Shown here: piece after piece, positions 8,728 to 18,842 of the stretch | Position numbering within the stretch: position 1 is the stretch's first letter | Layout of the letters: the number at the start of each line of letters is the position of its first letter | NCBI GenBank assembly: GCA_027021705.1 | Contig: JALUTT010000048.1 | Span: 32,001 to 96,000 of the forward strand | Direction: 5' to 3' | From: Anaerolineae bacterium | Lineage (GTDB): Bacteria; Chloroflexota; Anaerolineae; S140-20 | Length of the DNA: 64,000 nt | Made by a program: the position numbers and the translations under genes | Notes under the pieces: model-generated | Seen by the model: the letters and a program-made list of their open reading frames with translations, nothing else | Told to the model about the DNA's origin: nothing | The model's database searches: none

Positions 8728-9930
8728 ATGGACGCGCAGGCTGTTCCACCTCAACTGATCCTGATCCACTACGCCGAGATCGGGCTGAAGGGGGAGAACC
8801 GGCGCTTCTTCGAGCGTCAACTGATGCGCAACATCGAGGCCCAACTGGACGGCCTGGACGTGGCCGGCCTGAAGCGGATGTCGGGCCGGCTCCTGCTCCG
8901 CTTGGGTGAGTCCCGTCCGGTGGAGGCGGTCACCCGGCGGCTGGCCCAGACCTTCGGCATCGCCTACGTGGCCCCCGCCTACGGCCTCCCCCGGGACGTA
9001 GAGGCGATGAAGGAGGTCATCGGCCGGCGGGTACGCCAGCGGGCCTTCGCCTCCTTCAAGGTTGCGACCCGGCGCACCGACAAGCGCTTTCCCCTCACCT
9101 CCGTCGAGCTGAACCGGGAGATCGGCGCCCACGTCCAGCACCTGACGGGGGCGGCGGTGAACCTGCGCCGGCCCGAGCTCACCATCCACATCGAGATCCT
9201 CTACGACAGCGCCTTCTTCTACTTCGAGCGGATTCCGGGGCCGGGCGGGCTGCCGGTGGGGGTGAGCGGGCTGGTGGGGGTCATGCTCTCGGGGGGGATT
9301 GACTCGCCGGTGGCGGCCTGGTACGCCCTCAAGCGGGGTTGCCGGGTGCTCCCCATCCACTTCCACAGCGGCCCCTTCGGGAACTGGATGGCGGCCGCCG
9401 ACAAGGCCCGGGCCCTGGTCGTCCGGCTGGCCCCCTGGGGGGCGGAACCCCACCTCTACGTCGTCCCCATCGGGGAGATCCAGCGGCGGATCACCCTGCT
9501 GGCGCCGGCCGAGTACCGGGTGCTCCTCTACCGACGGCTCATGGTCCGGGTGGCCGGGGAGCTGACCCGTCGCCACGGCGGCAAGGCCCTGGTCACCGGC
9601 GACAACCTGGGCCAGGTCGCCTCCCAGACGCTGGAGAGTCTGACGGTGGTCAACGCGGCGGCCGGCACGATGCCCATCCTGCGCCCCCTCATCGGCCTGG
9701 ACAAGCAGGAGATCATCGAGCGGGCCAGGGCCATCGGCACCTACGAGACCTCGATCCTGCCCGGTGAGGACTGCTGTTCCTTCCTGATGCCCCGCCGGGT
9801 CGCCACCCGCCCCACGTTGGAGGCGATCGAGGAGGCCGAGAGCCGGTTGGACGTGGCGGCGATGGTCAGCGAAGCCCTGGACCGGGCGGTTCTGGAGCCG
9901 ACGCCCCGGCCCCATCCAGCACCCGGCTGA
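8728..9930 (+). CDS. thiI: tRNA 4-thiouridine synthase ThiI (no rhodanese domain)
   Basis: YAEIGLKGENR, THUMP domain, PP-loop LSGGIDSPVA, GQVASQT, EDCC. Confidence 0.95.
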   Translation: MDAQAVPPQLILIHYAEIGLKGENRRFFERQLMRNIEAQLDGLDVAGLKRMSGRLLLRLGESRPVEAVTRRLAQTFGIAYVAPAYGLPRDVEAMKEVIGRRVRQRAFASFKVATRRTDKRFPLTSVELNREIGAHVQHLTGAAVNLRRPELTIHIEILYDSAFFYFERIPGPGGLPVGVSGLVGVMLSGGIDSPVAAWYALKRGCRVLPIHFHSGPFGNWMAAADKARALVVRLAPWGAEPHLYVVPIGEIQRRITLLAPAEYRVLLYRRLMVRVAGELTRRHGGKALVTGDNLGQVASQTLESLTVVNAAAGTMPILRPLIGLDKQEIIERARAIGTYETSILPGEDCCSFLMPRRVATRPTLEAIEEAESRLDVAAMVSEALDRAVLEPTPRPHPAPG

Positions 9931-10534
9931 CCCGCCAGACGTGGGCCATCCGCTGCAGCGCGGTGAAGTTGGCCAGCACTGCCACCACCCAGAGGGCCAG
10001 CCGGGGGTAGCCCAGGAGCAGCCCCACCCCCATCACGAAGACCCGCTCAATCCGGGTGAGCAGGCCCACTTTGCAGGGGAGCCCTAGCCCCTCGGCCCGG
10101 GCACGGGCGTAGCTCACCATCAGGGAGCCCACGATGGCCGCGTAGATCAGCAGCACCTCCCCCCTGGCCCCCTGCCCGATGTAGTGGACCAGGAGGCCGA
10201 AGAAGACCACCGCCTCGCTGAAGCGGTCCACCGTCGAGTCCAGGAAGGCCCCGAAGCGGCTCTGCCGGCCCGTCAGGCGGGCCAGCGCTCCATCCAGCGC
10301 GTCGAAGGGGGCCACCAGCAGGAGCAGCAGCCCGCCCAATTGGAGCATCCCCCGGGCCAGCGTCCAGGCCACCACCCCCGTCAGCAGGAACCCCAGCGCC
10401 GTGAGCAGGTTGGGGGAGGCCCCCAGCCGGTCCAGCACGGCGGCGATGGGGACCAGGACGATCTGGGCCTGTCGCCGTAACCAGGCTTCCACCGGTCGTT
10501 CCCGACCCTTCTCACCTTGCCTCTCCCTGTCCAT
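9866..10534 (-). CDS. pgsA: CDP-alcohol phosphatidyltransferase, probable phosphatidylinositol-phosphate synthase
   Basis: SPNLLT, DALDGALAR...GAFLDSTVDR, SYARARAEGLG; clustered with ino1. Confidence 0.85.
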   Translation of the reverse strand: MDRERQGEKGRERPVEAWLRRQAQIVLVPIAAVLDRLGASPNLLTALGFLLTGVVAWTLARGMLQLGGLLLLLVAPFDALDGALARLTGRQSRFGAFLDSTVDRFSEAVVFFGLLVHYIGQGARGEVLLIYAAIVGSLMVSYARARAEGLGLPCKVGLLTRIERVFVMGVGLLLGYPRLALWVVAVLANFTALQRMAHVWRVSRVLDGAGASAPEPPGPGLR

Positions 10535-10567
10535 CGTTCCCTCCGATAACGTGTGACGTGTTGCGCA

Positions 10568-11710
10568 TTACCGGTTGCGTTTGGCCATCGTCGCTTCGTA
10601 GAAGGCCAGTACCCGTCGGGCGATCTCGTCCCAACTGTAGGCGGCCGCCTTGATCTGCCCTTGGCGCCCCATCTCCGCCCGCCGTCGTGGGTCCTGGAGC
10701 AGCCGCACGATCACCGTGGCCAGAGCCTCGGGGTCCTGGGGCGGCACCAGCAGCCCCTGGACGCCGTGGTCCAGCACCTCCCGGTAGCCCTCGATGTCCG
10801 AGGCGACGATGGGGAGGCCGGAGGCCATCGCCTCCAGGAGGACGATACCGAAGCTCTCGTAGCCCGTCGAAGGGGCGCAGAAGAGGTCGGCGGTGCGGTA
10901 GTAGCGGGGCAGCATCTCATCGGAGACAGGGCCGACAAAGCGGACGCCGTGGAGGCGACGTTTGCGGGCGTAGATCAGGAACGGGCGCTTCTGCTTTTTC
11001 GTATAGGCACCCACCACCAGGAGGCGGGCGTTGGGGATCGCCTCCCGCACGAAGCGGAAAGCCCGCAGGAGGTATTTGAACCCCTTCCGCTTCTCCAGCC
11101 GCCCCACGAAGAGGATGTTGGGCCGGCCATCCCGATAGCGGGCGATGGGCCGGATGGTCGGGTCGCCGAAGGCGGCCACGTCAATGCCGTTGGGGATGAT
11201 GACGTATTCGCCGGGGAAGTAGCGGAGGTTGAAGCGCAGGGCGGCCCGCGAGACCGCGATCCGTCCGTCCAGCCGGTCCACCAGGTGGCGAAGCATCGGG
11301 CGCACGTACTCGAGGGCCAGGTTATCGTCGGCCCGGTACTCATGGAAGGTGGCGACCATTGTGGTCCGGGGGGCTACATCGCGCAGGTAGAGAAAGTTTA
11401 TGGAGATGAGGGGGGAGAGGGGGTTGTGCAGGTGGACGATGTCGAAGTTCCCCTCCTCCAGCAACCGGCGCACCCGGGGCAGGCTGCGGGGCGAGAGGCT
11501 GATGCGCGAGCGGGAACCGCCCGAGGGCACGCCGATGATGTGGCCGGAGGGGCTGTAGACCCCCTCGGGGACAGGCGCGTCGGCCGGCACCGGCGCGACG
11601 ACCCGGACCTCGTGCCCCCAGCGGCGGAAGCGCTCGGCCAAGTGGGCCACGTGGTTGTTCACCCCACCGGGGTGCAGGTAGTCGTAGGGGGAGACCAGCG
11701 CGATCTTCAT
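10568..11710 (-). CDS. pimA: GT4 glycosyltransferase, PimA-like phosphatidylinositol mannosyltransferase
   Basis: MKIALVSPYDYLHPGGVNNH, VATFH, IPNGID, ESFGIVLLEAMA; flanked by pgsA-like and patA-like genes. Confidence 0.72.
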   Translation of the reverse strand: MKIALVSPYDYLHPGGVNNHVAHLAERFRRWGHEVRVVAPVPADAPVPEGVYSPSGHIIGVPSGGSRSRISLSPRSLPRVRRLLEEGNFDIVHLHNPLSPLISINFLYLRDVAPRTTMVATFHEYRADDNLALEYVRPMLRHLVDRLDGRIAVSRAALRFNLRYFPGEYVIIPNGIDVAAFGDPTIRPIARYRDGRPNILFVGRLEKRKGFKYLLRAFRFVREAIPNARLLVVGAYTKKQKRPFLIYARKRRLHGVRFVGPVSDEMLPRYYRTADLFCAPSTGYESFGIVLLEAMASGLPIVASDIEGYREVLDHGVQGLLVPPQDPEALATVIVRLLQDPRRRAEMGRQGQIKAAAYSWDEIARRVLAFYEATMAKRNR

Positions 11711-11773
11711 CGGTCGGCCCCGGACGTAAGGCGGTGAGACGCAGACGGTAGATGAGAGACCATAGCGACCTCG

Positions 11774-12652
11774 CTATCGGCTGAGACGCTGGCGGGCGAT
11801 CTGCCAGATGGGGGTGGTCAGCCACCACTGACCCGGCTCCTGAGCGATCGCCTTTTCCATGCGAGTAAGCACCTGCTGGAGGAACCAAGCCGTCCGCTCC
11901 TCCCGGCTGAGCCCCGTCGGCGGGAAGAGGGGGGGGTAGAGGTGGGCCACGGCCCGGCCGGCCGGCAGCCGGTGGGAGACGGCCAGCAGGATCGGCGCTT
12001 GGGCCTGGGCGGCCAGCCGGGCGTAGCCGGTGGGGAGCCAGGCCGGTTCGCCGAAGAACTCCAGCACCTCTCCGCTGTCGGTCGTGTCCCGGTCCATCAC
12101 CAGCCCCACCATCTCCCCCCGGCGCAGCGTGCGGAAGACCTCCAGCACCGGGCCGCCGACGGGGATCAGGCGCAACCCGTGGGCCGTGCGCAGCCGGTAG
12201 ACGTACCGGTAGAGCACCTCCGGCTTCAGGCGCTCGAAGAAGCCGGTGAGCGGCACGCCCAGGGAAGCGACCACGTGGGCGAAGACCTCCGGGTTCCCGC
12301 AGTGGGCGGTCACCAGGACCACCCCGCGACCGGGAGCCATCGCGGCCTCCAGGTGCTCCCACCCCTCTATCTCGATCAACGCCCGGATGGCGGCGACGGG
12401 CAGGGCCGGCAGGCGGAAGAGGTCGTAGTGATTCAGCACCAGGGTGCGGAAGACCTGACGGGCTGCCGCTTCCACCACCTCGGAGCCGGCCCCGGGCCCC
12501 AGGACGTGGCGCATATTGTCCCGCACCGCCTCGGCCCGGGGCGAGATGCGGTAGACCAGGCCGGAGAGCCGCTCGCCCAACCGGTAGCCCCAGTCGAAGG
12601 GAACCCGGGGGGCCAGGAAGCCCATCAGCCGAAACAGGACGTAGGTCAGCAT
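11774..12652 (-). CDS. PatA/LpxL-family lipid acyltransferase
   Basis: EGWEHL, GRGVVLVTAHCGNPE, GLVMDRD, FFGEPAWLPTG, PGQWW. Confidence 0.85.
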   Translation of the reverse strand: MLTYVLFRLMGFLAPRVPFDWGYRLGERLSGLVYRISPRAEAVRDNMRHVLGPGAGSEVVEAAARQVFRTLVLNHYDLFRLPALPVAAIRALIEIEGWEHLEAAMAPGRGVVLVTAHCGNPEVFAHVVASLGVPLTGFFERLKPEVLYRYVYRLRTAHGLRLIPVGGPVLEVFRTLRRGEMVGLVMDRDTTDSGEVLEFFGEPAWLPTGYARLAAQAQAPILLAVSHRLPAGRAVAHLYPPLFPPTGLSREERTAWFLQQVLTRMEKAIAQEPGQWWLTTPIWQIARQRLSR

Positions 12653-12760
12653 AGGCTACTCAGGGCTCGAAGGGGGGAAACCACGGATGCTGCGGACGGG
12701 CTATCCCCCGCCAACCCGTTTTCCACGCTCCTGACGAATCTGCGATCCGGTGGGGCGGGG

Positions 12761-13885
12761 CTAGGAAGATGGCTGCTCCAGCGGGAGGGTGATCTCTTCG
12801 TCCACCTGACCGGCGATGAAGGCCTCTAGACGCCGATGGGCCTCCTCGTCGGTGTATTGGACCGGCGGCGACTTCATAAAGCAGGCCGAAGGGGCCAAGA
12901 TCGCCCCGCTCATCCCCCGATCCAGAGCCAGCTTGCAGCATCGGATGGCGTCAATCATCACACCAGCCGAGTTAGGCGAGTCCCACACCTCCAATTTCAC
13001 CTCCATGCTCAGGGGGAGGTCGCCGAAGGTCCGCCCCTCCAGCCGGATATAGGCCCACTTGCGGTCGGTCAGCCAGGGGACGTAATCACTGGGGCCGACG
13101 TGGATGTTCTCCTCGCCGATCTCGTACTCGATCTGGCTGGTGACCGCCTGGGTCTTGGAGACCTTCTTGGACTCCAGCCGGTCCCGCTCCAGCATGTTGT
13201 AGAAGTCCATATTGCCCCCGAAGTTGAGCTGGTAGGTGCGTTCGATGCGCACCCCCCGCTCCTGGAAGAGACGGGCCAGCACCCGGTGGACGATGGTCGC
13301 GCCCACCTGGGACTTGACATCGTCGCCGATGACGGGCAGCCCCCGTTCTCGGAAGCGGCGTTGCCAGTAGGCCTCGCGGGCAATGAAGACGGGGATGCCG
13401 TTGACGAAGCCGCAACCGGCATCCAGCACCTGCTCCACGTACCACTTGGTCGCCATCTCGCTCCCCACGGGCAGGAAGTTGACCACCACGTCGGTCTGCG
13501 TCTCTCGGAGGATCCCCACAATGTCATCGGTCGCTCCAGGGGCTTTGGCGATGGTCTGGGAGAGGTAGCGGCCCAGCCCGTCGTGGGTCATCCCCCGGTA
13601 GACGGGAACGTTCAGGTGGGGGACCTCGGCAAAGCGCACGGTGTTGTTGGGTGGCACGAAGATGGCCTCCGAGAGGTCCTTCCCCACCTTGTTCACGTCA
13701 ATGTCGAAGGCCGCCGTGAACTCGATGTCCCGGATGTGGTAGCCGCCGAGGCGGGGGTGCATCAGCCCGGGAACGAAGGCGTCATCGGGGGCATCTTGGT
13801 AGAAGAAGACGCCCTGGACCAGGGCCGAGGCGCAGTTGCCAATGCCGATGATCGCAACGCGGACCTTTCCGTCGTTCTTGCCCAT
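12761..13885 (-). CDS. ino1: myo-inositol-1(3)-phosphate synthase
   Basis: [46 protein letters not shown]; alternative GTG start at 13894. Confidence 0.96.
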   Translation of the reverse strand: MGKNDGKVRVAIIGIGNCASALVQGVFFYQDAPDDAFVPGLMHPRLGGYHIRDIEFTAAFDIDVNKVGKDLSEAIFVPPNNTVRFAEVPHLNVPVYRGMTHDGLGRYLSQTIAKAPGATDDIVGILRETQTDVVVNFLPVGSEMATKWYVEQVLDAGCGFVNGIPVFIAREAYWQRRFRERGLPVIGDDVKSQVGATIVHRVLARLFQERGVRIERTYQLNFGGNMDFYNMLERDRLESKKVSKTQAVTSQIEYEIGEENIHVGPSDYVPWLTDRKWAYIRLEGRTFGDLPLSMEVKLEVWDSPNSAGVMIDAIRCCKLALDRGMSGAILAPSACFMKSPPVQYTDEEAHRRLEAFIAGQVDEEITLPLEQPSS

Positions 13886-13890
13886 AGGCT

Positions 13891-14229
13891 TCACGCTCCT
13901 TTCTGGTGGGATTGGGGGGGGTGCAGAAGGGACTCCAGGAGCTGCTGGTAGTGGGCGATCTGAGAGCGGTCGAGGGAGTAGTAGCTCTCCCGCCCCACTC
14001 GGCGCACCTGGACGATGCGGGCCTGCCGCAGCCGGCGCAGGTGCCAGGAGACGAGGGGCTGGCTGATGCGCAATCGGTCTGCCAGTTGGGAGACGGTCAA
14101 CTCCTCGGCTGCAGCCAGCGCCCGGATCATCCGCAGCCGCCAGATCTCCTTGAGGGCGTAGAAGTAGCGGGCCAGTTCCCGCAGCTCCGATTCTGTTCCT
14201 GTTCGTCGGACGGTCGAAGGTGGGGACAT
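13891..14229 (-). CDS. ArsR/SmtB-family transcriptional regulator
   Basis: [13 protein letters not shown]...[29 protein letters not shown]...GRESYYSL. Confidence 0.9.
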   Translation of the reverse strand: MSPPSTVRRTGTESELRELARYFYALKEIWRLRMIRALAAAEELTVSQLADRLRISQPLVSWHLRRLRQARIVQVRRVGRESYYSLDRSQIAHYQQLLESLLHPPQSHQKGA

Positions 14230-14247
14230 CTTTGCCTTGGGGGATCC

Positions 14248-14292
14248 ATAAACGCTTGTTTATATGTTACCCCAAAAAGGGAAGATCGTCAA
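14248..14292 (-). promoter_or_regulatory. arsR-ino1 promoter with palindromic operator
   Basis: Minus strand TTGACG (14292-14287)-17 bp-TAACAT (14269-14264), directly followed by the ATAAAC-N4-GTTTAT palindrome (14248-14263). Confidence 0.7.
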
Positions 14293-14317
14293 GGGCAGGG
14301 GTGGGTCGGTGGGGCTA

Positions 14318-14346
14318 TTGCTTTCCCGGCTGTGCTGAGGTATCAT
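14318..14346 (+). promoter_or_regulatory. Candidate sigma70-type promoter of the signalling cluster
   Basis: TTGCTT-17 bp-TATCAT, divergent from the arsR promoter. Confidence 0.55.
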
Positions 14347-14575
14347 AAAGGGGCTTGAGGATTCCCCTTGGGGAGGGCGTCGGATGGCGAAGGGGGCCGG
14401 GTTGGCGGGCACAACAAAGTGGTAATCAAATCGTAACCGAACTGTTACCCTGATGGACCGTCCCCATGTTACGATGAAGGCACCCTGTGGGTCCACCTCT
14501 CTGCTGTGGCGGTGGACTGGGGGGGCACCGAGGTTATCCCGATCGGCACCTATTTCAGGAGAGTGAGGCGGAGCC

Positions 14576-14959
14576 ATGACCGGCGCTACCATCTTGTATA
14601 TCGAAGACAACTTCGAGAACCGCGTTCTGGTCAGACGGGTTCTAGAGGCCTCGGGATACCAGGTCCTGGAGGCGGAGGACGGTCTGACCGGCATAGCCGT
14701 CGCGGAGGAACGCCGCCCGGATCTCATCCTGATGGACATCAACCTGCCCGAGGTAGATGGTTACGAAGTCACCACCCGTCTGAAACAGACGCCAGACCTT
14801 GCCCATATCCCGGTGATCGCGTTGACGGCCAACGTGATGCGAGGCGATCGGGAGAAGAGCCTGGCCGCCGGCTGCGACGGGTACATCCAGAAGCCCATAG
14901 ACGTAGATGCTCTCCCTGACCAAATTGCCGCTTTTCTGAAGCAAAGGAGCGAAGGATGA
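14576..14959 (+). CDS. Single-domain response regulator (DivK/CheY-like)
   Basis: ILYIEDN, PDLILMDINLP, IPVIALTAN, GCDGYIQKPID. Confidence 0.93.
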   Translation: MTGATILYIEDNFENRVLVRRVLEASGYQVLEAEDGLTGIAVAEERRPDLILMDINLPEVDGYEVTTRLKQTPDLAHIPVIALTANVMRGDREKSLAAGCDGYIQKPIDVDALPDQIAAFLKQRSEG

Positions 14960-15429
14960 TGCCCCATCCGCAGACGCAGCCACCGTCTTCTTCAGCCTCA
15001 AACCGCCCTCGCCGACGGGTTGGGATTGCTCCCCAGGATGCCCACGTGTTGGTGGTTGAGGACAACCTGAACAACTTCCTGCTCATCACCCGTCTGCTGG
15101 CCTATCTGGGCGTCAAACAGTGTGAGTGGAAGGCTTCGGGGTGGCAGGTTCTCGAATTTGCCGATGCGATGCCTCAGGTGGACCTGATCCTGATGGACAT
15201 CCACATCCCCGATGAAGACGGCTATCAAGCCCTGGCCCGTCTGCGGGCTGAACCCCGTTTCCAGGACACCCTCATTGTGGCCGTCACTGCCGAGGCGACG
15301 GAGGACAACCTGCAGCGGGCCCGGCGGGCCGGCTTCGACGGCTTCATCGGCAAGCCCATTGATCCCGACCGCTTCCCCGATCAGATCCGACGCATCCTGC
15401 GTGGCGAAGAGATTTGGGAGTTGGGCTGA
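14956..15429 (+). CDS. Single-domain response regulator (CheY-like) with N-terminal extension
   Basis: VLVVEDN, DLILMDIHIP, VAVTA, GFDGFIGKPID; overlaps the previous stop. Confidence 0.92.
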   Translation: MMPHPQTQPPSSSASNRPRRRVGIAPQDAHVLVVEDNLNNFLLITRLLAYLGVKQCEWKASGWQVLEFADAMPQVDLILMDIHIPDEDGYQALARLRAEPRFQDTLIVAVTAEATEDNLQRARRAGFDGFIGKPIDPDRFPDQIRRILRGEEIWELG

Positions 15430-15448
15430 CCCCGCCGGGAGACAGGGC

Positions 15449-17926
15449 ATGGGCGACTCGGTGACGGCTCATCGGTCTTCCTCCCCTACGGCCAGAGCCG
15501 GGATGCGGGGGGGGCTGGGGCGCACACTCCTCAGCGCTTTTCTTGTTCTGGCTATCGTCCCGCTCAGCGTCGTCAGCTTCCTGGCCTCCGTCCAGGGGCG
15601 GCGCAACTTGGAGCGGGAGTTGAGGGAGCGGCTGATGGCCGTCACCACCCTTCGGGAGCAGCAGATTCAGGACTGGGTGACTGCCCAGCAGCAAGTCCTC
15701 GCCATGCTGTGCAGTGAGCCCACATTGATCGAGGCCGCTGAGGCTCTGGCAAACCCGCCCAGCGATCCAGAAATCCGGACCGCGATGCGCCGCCGTTTCC
15801 TTCAGATCATCAACCAGTACCCTGATCTTGAGCGCTTGCTCCTCCTCTCCCCCGAGGAAGGGCGGGTGCTGGTTGCTTCTGAGGCCTGGAAGGAAGGTCG
15901 GCGCTACAACGATGCGGCCCTGGTGGCAAAGGGGGGCGCTGGGCCCTACACCTACATCTCTCCGGGGACCGACTCCGGTGCCCCTACCCTGGTCCTGGTC
16001 CGGCCCGTCCGGGATGGGGAGCATCGGCGGGTGGGAACCCTGGTAGCCCACCTGCGTCTGGAGGCCCTGGGCAGGATCTTGGCGGAGAGCGTTGGGCTGG
16101 GCAGCACGGGACGCACCTATCTGGTGCTCCCTTCGGGGGAGATCCTGACCCAGGAGGGCTTTCTAACCGGTCAGGATGGTCGGCCGGCCATCCTCAATCC
16201 TGCCGTGGAGGCCGCTTTGCGGGGGGGGAACGGTATCGCCACCTACAAGAACGAAGCCGGTATCCTTGTGATCGGGGTTCACCGCTGGCTGCCCGACCCG
16301 GGGATCGCTCTGATCACGGAGCAGGCCCAGTCGGAGGCCTTCTCCCGCTCTGACGACCTGGCTGCAGCCCTCATCGCCACGGCCCTAGGTGCGGCTCTGC
16401 TGACTGCCATCATCGCTACCGTTGTCACTCGCCAGATCACCCGTCCCATCGTCCGGTTGACGGAGATGGCGGTTCAGATCGCCTCTGGTGACCTGGATCA
16501 GCGGGTCCCGGCCACCCGCCGCGACGAGATCGGCATCCTAGCCCGCGCTTTCAACATCATGACCGCCCGCCTCCAGGTCCTCTACGAGAGCCTGGAGCAG
16601 AAGGTCGCGGAACGAACCCGCCAACTCCAGGAGGCCAACGCCGAAATCCGCTACCAGGCGATCCAGTTGGCCACCAGCGCCGAGGTCGGGCGAATCGTCA
16701 CGTCCATTTTGGACCTGGAGAGCCTGCTTCCCCAAGTCGTTGAACTGATCCGCGATGCCTTCTCCGCCTATCACGTTTCCCTCTTCCTGACGGACGAAGA
16801 TGGGAAGTGGGCCCTCTTGCGGGAGGGGACGGGCGCGCTGGGAGAGCGGTTGAAGCGGGAGGGGTATCGCCTGCCGCTGGATGAGAGCAACTTGGTGGGA
16901 CGGGCCATCAACCGACGTGAGCCCTGCTTGGCCGTTGGGGAGGAGCGCCGAATCTTGGCCGACGTCGAGACCTTTCCTTACACCCAGGCCGAGTTGGTTA
17001 TCCCCCTCATCGTCCGGGATCGCCCCATTGGGGCGCTCAGCGTGCACAGCCTGGAGGAGGATGCCTTCGCTGGCTCCGAGGTGATGGTCCTGCAGACGCT
17101 GGCCGGCCAGGTGGCCATCGCCATCGAGAATGCTCGGGCCTATGCCCTGGAGCGGGAGGCCGCCGAGCAACTGCGGGAGCTAGATCGCTTCAAGACCCGT
17201 TTCCTAGCCAACATGTCCCACGAGTTGCGGGAACCCCTTAACACCATCATCGGCTTCTCCCGGGTGTTGCTCAAGGGGATTGATGGCCCCCTCAACGAGA
17301 TCCAACGGCAGGACATTACCTTTATCCACGACGCGGGCCAGCACCTGCTGGGCCTCATCAACGACATCCTGGACATCGCCGCCATCGAGGCGGGCAAGAT
17401 GGAACTGACGATCCGGGAGGTGAACCTGCGTGCGCTGTTGCAGAGCGTGATGGCGACGGCCAGCGCTCTGGTGCGCGGTCGCCCCATCGAACTCCAGTAC
17501 GACGTCGCCCCCGACCTGCCCGTCGTCCACGCCGATCCCCAACGGCTGCGTCAGGTGATCCTCAAGCTCCTCTCCAACGCAGCCCAGTTCACCGAAGAGG
17601 GAAGCATCACTCTGCGGGCCTGGAGTGAGGACGAGCAGGTCTTCATCAGCGTCAGCGACACGGGCATCGGCATTCCTGAGGCCGATCGGGATCGGATCTT
17701 CGAGCAGTTTCAGCGCCTGGACGGGAAGGGATCCCCCCACCTGGGGGGGGTTGGGCTGGGCTTGGCCCTGAGCAAGGAGTTCGTAGAGATGCACGGCGGC
17801 CAGATCTGGGTGGAGAGCGGCGTGGGCCGGGGTTCTACCTTCACCTTCAGCCTTCCCGTCCGCCCCATCCGATCGGGGGACCAGACCGTGACGGACGGGG
17901 TCCAGAGAGACGGGGTGTCCCTATGA
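15449..17926 (+). CDS. Membrane sensor histidine kinase (TM-Cache-TM-HAMP-GAF-HisKA-HATPase)
   Basis: FLANMSHELREPLN H-box, LLSNAAQFT, DTGIGI, GVGLGLAL; start inferred (ORF is open from 15212). Confidence 0.93.
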   Translation: MGDSVTAHRSSSPTARAGMRGGLGRTLLSAFLVLAIVPLSVVSFLASVQGRRNLERELRERLMAVTTLREQQIQDWVTAQQQVLAMLCSEPTLIEAAEALANPPSDPEIRTAMRRRFLQIINQYPDLERLLLLSPEEGRVLVASEAWKEGRRYNDAALVAKGGAGPYTYISPGTDSGAPTLVLVRPVRDGEHRRVGTLVAHLRLEALGRILAESVGLGSTGRTYLVLPSGEILTQEGFLTGQDGRPAILNPAVEAALRGGNGIATYKNEAGILVIGVHRWLPDPGIALITEQAQSEAFSRSDDLAAALIATALGAALLTAIIATVVTRQITRPIVRLTEMAVQIASGDLDQRVPATRRDEIGILARAFNIMTARLQVLYESLEQKVAERTRQLQEANAEIRYQAIQLATSAEVGRIVTSILDLESLLPQVVELIRDAFSAYHVSLFLTDEDGKWALLREGTGALGERLKREGYRLPLDESNLVGRAINRREPCLAVGEERRILADVETFPYTQAELVIPLIVRDRPIGALSVHSLEEDAFAGSEVMVLQTLAGQVAIAIENARAYALEREAAEQLRELDRFKTRFLANMSHELREPLNTIIGFSRVLLKGIDGPLNEIQRQDITFIHDAGQHLLGLINDILDIAAIEAGKMELTIREVNLRALLQSVMATASALVRGRPIELQYDVAPDLPVVHADPQRLRQVILKLLSNAAQFTEEGSITLRAWSEDEQVFISVSDTGIGIPEADRDRIFEQFQRLDGKGSPHLGGVGLGLALSKEFVEMHGGQIWVESGVGRGSTFTFSLPVRPIRSGDQTVTDGVQRDGVSL

Positions 17927-18783
17927 CCACCGTGATCGCGGTAGCCAACCACAAGGGCGGGGTTGCCAAGACCACCACCTGCCTCTCGTTGGGGGGAGGG
18001 TTGGTGGAGCAGGGACAACAGGTGCTGCTGGTGGACTTGGATCCTCAAGCCCACCTGACCGCCTCCTTGGGTATCAAGCCGGAGGGACTGCGCCGTAATG
18101 TGGGCGATGTTCTGTTGGGGCAGCGCTCCCTCGTGGCCGTCAGCCGGGAGACCTCTGTCCGAGGGCTGGATCTGGCCCCGGCTAACCAAGAACTCTTCGT
18201 CCTCGACAAGGTCCTGTACGGACGCCGAGGGTACGAATATCGGCTGCGCGAGGACCTGGACCGGATGTCCGAGCACCTTTACGACGTGATCCTGATAGAC
18301 TGTCCACCGACCTTTGGGACGTTGACCCTCAATGCCCTCACGGCCGCCGATCTGCTCATCGTTCCGGTCCAGTGCGAGTACTACGCCGTCCGCTCGCTCC
18401 ATCAGGTGCTGGAAATGGTCACCCTGGTGCGGCGCAAGACCAACCCCCGGCTTGGCTACCGGCTGCTGGTGACGCTCTTCGACGTGCGCAACAAGGTCCA
18501 CCGGCTGCTCCTGGAGCAACTGCGGGCCCGGTTTTCGGAGACGCTCTTCCAAACCGTCATCCAGGTGGACACGAAGCTGCGGGAGAGCCCGGCCTTTGCC
18601 TTGCCGGTCACCCACTACGCCCCCCGTACTCGGGCTGCGCATCAGTACCGGGCTCTGGCTCAGGAGACGATGGAGGTGGTGGCCCCTCGGACCTCCAGCG
18701 TCCCGACCGTAGCGCAGCCTGCCCAGCCAGAGCCGTCGTCGGTGCGTGAGCCGGTCATCGTGGGAGGCGGGATCGAACCGTAA
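17923..18783 (+). CDS. ParA/Soj/MinD-family ATPase (no adjacent parB)
   Basis: Deviant Walker A NHKGGVAKTT, LVDLDPQAH, IDCPP, IVPVQCEY. Confidence 0.93.
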   Translation: MTTVIAVANHKGGVAKTTTCLSLGGGLVEQGQQVLLVDLDPQAHLTASLGIKPEGLRRNVGDVLLGQRSLVAVSRETSVRGLDLAPANQELFVLDKVLYGRRGYEYRLREDLDRMSEHLYDVILIDCPPTFGTLTLNALTAADLLIVPVQCEYYAVRSLHQVLEMVTLVRRKTNPRLGYRLLVTLFDVRNKVHRLLLEQLRARFSETLFQTVIQVDTKLRESPAFALPVTHYAPRTRAAHQYRALAQETMEVVAPRTSSVPTVAQPAQPEPSSVREPVIVGGGIEP

Positions 18784-18842
18784 GATAGGGGCGCGGGATA
18801 CGAGCGTGCGACGAGAGGCGCGAGCTTAGGAGTGAAGAGGCA

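Noticed and set aside
17923..18783. Plasmid or prophage partition locus
   Set aside because: No parB, rep, integrase or phage genes; the gene is coupled to a kinase within a chromosomal context.
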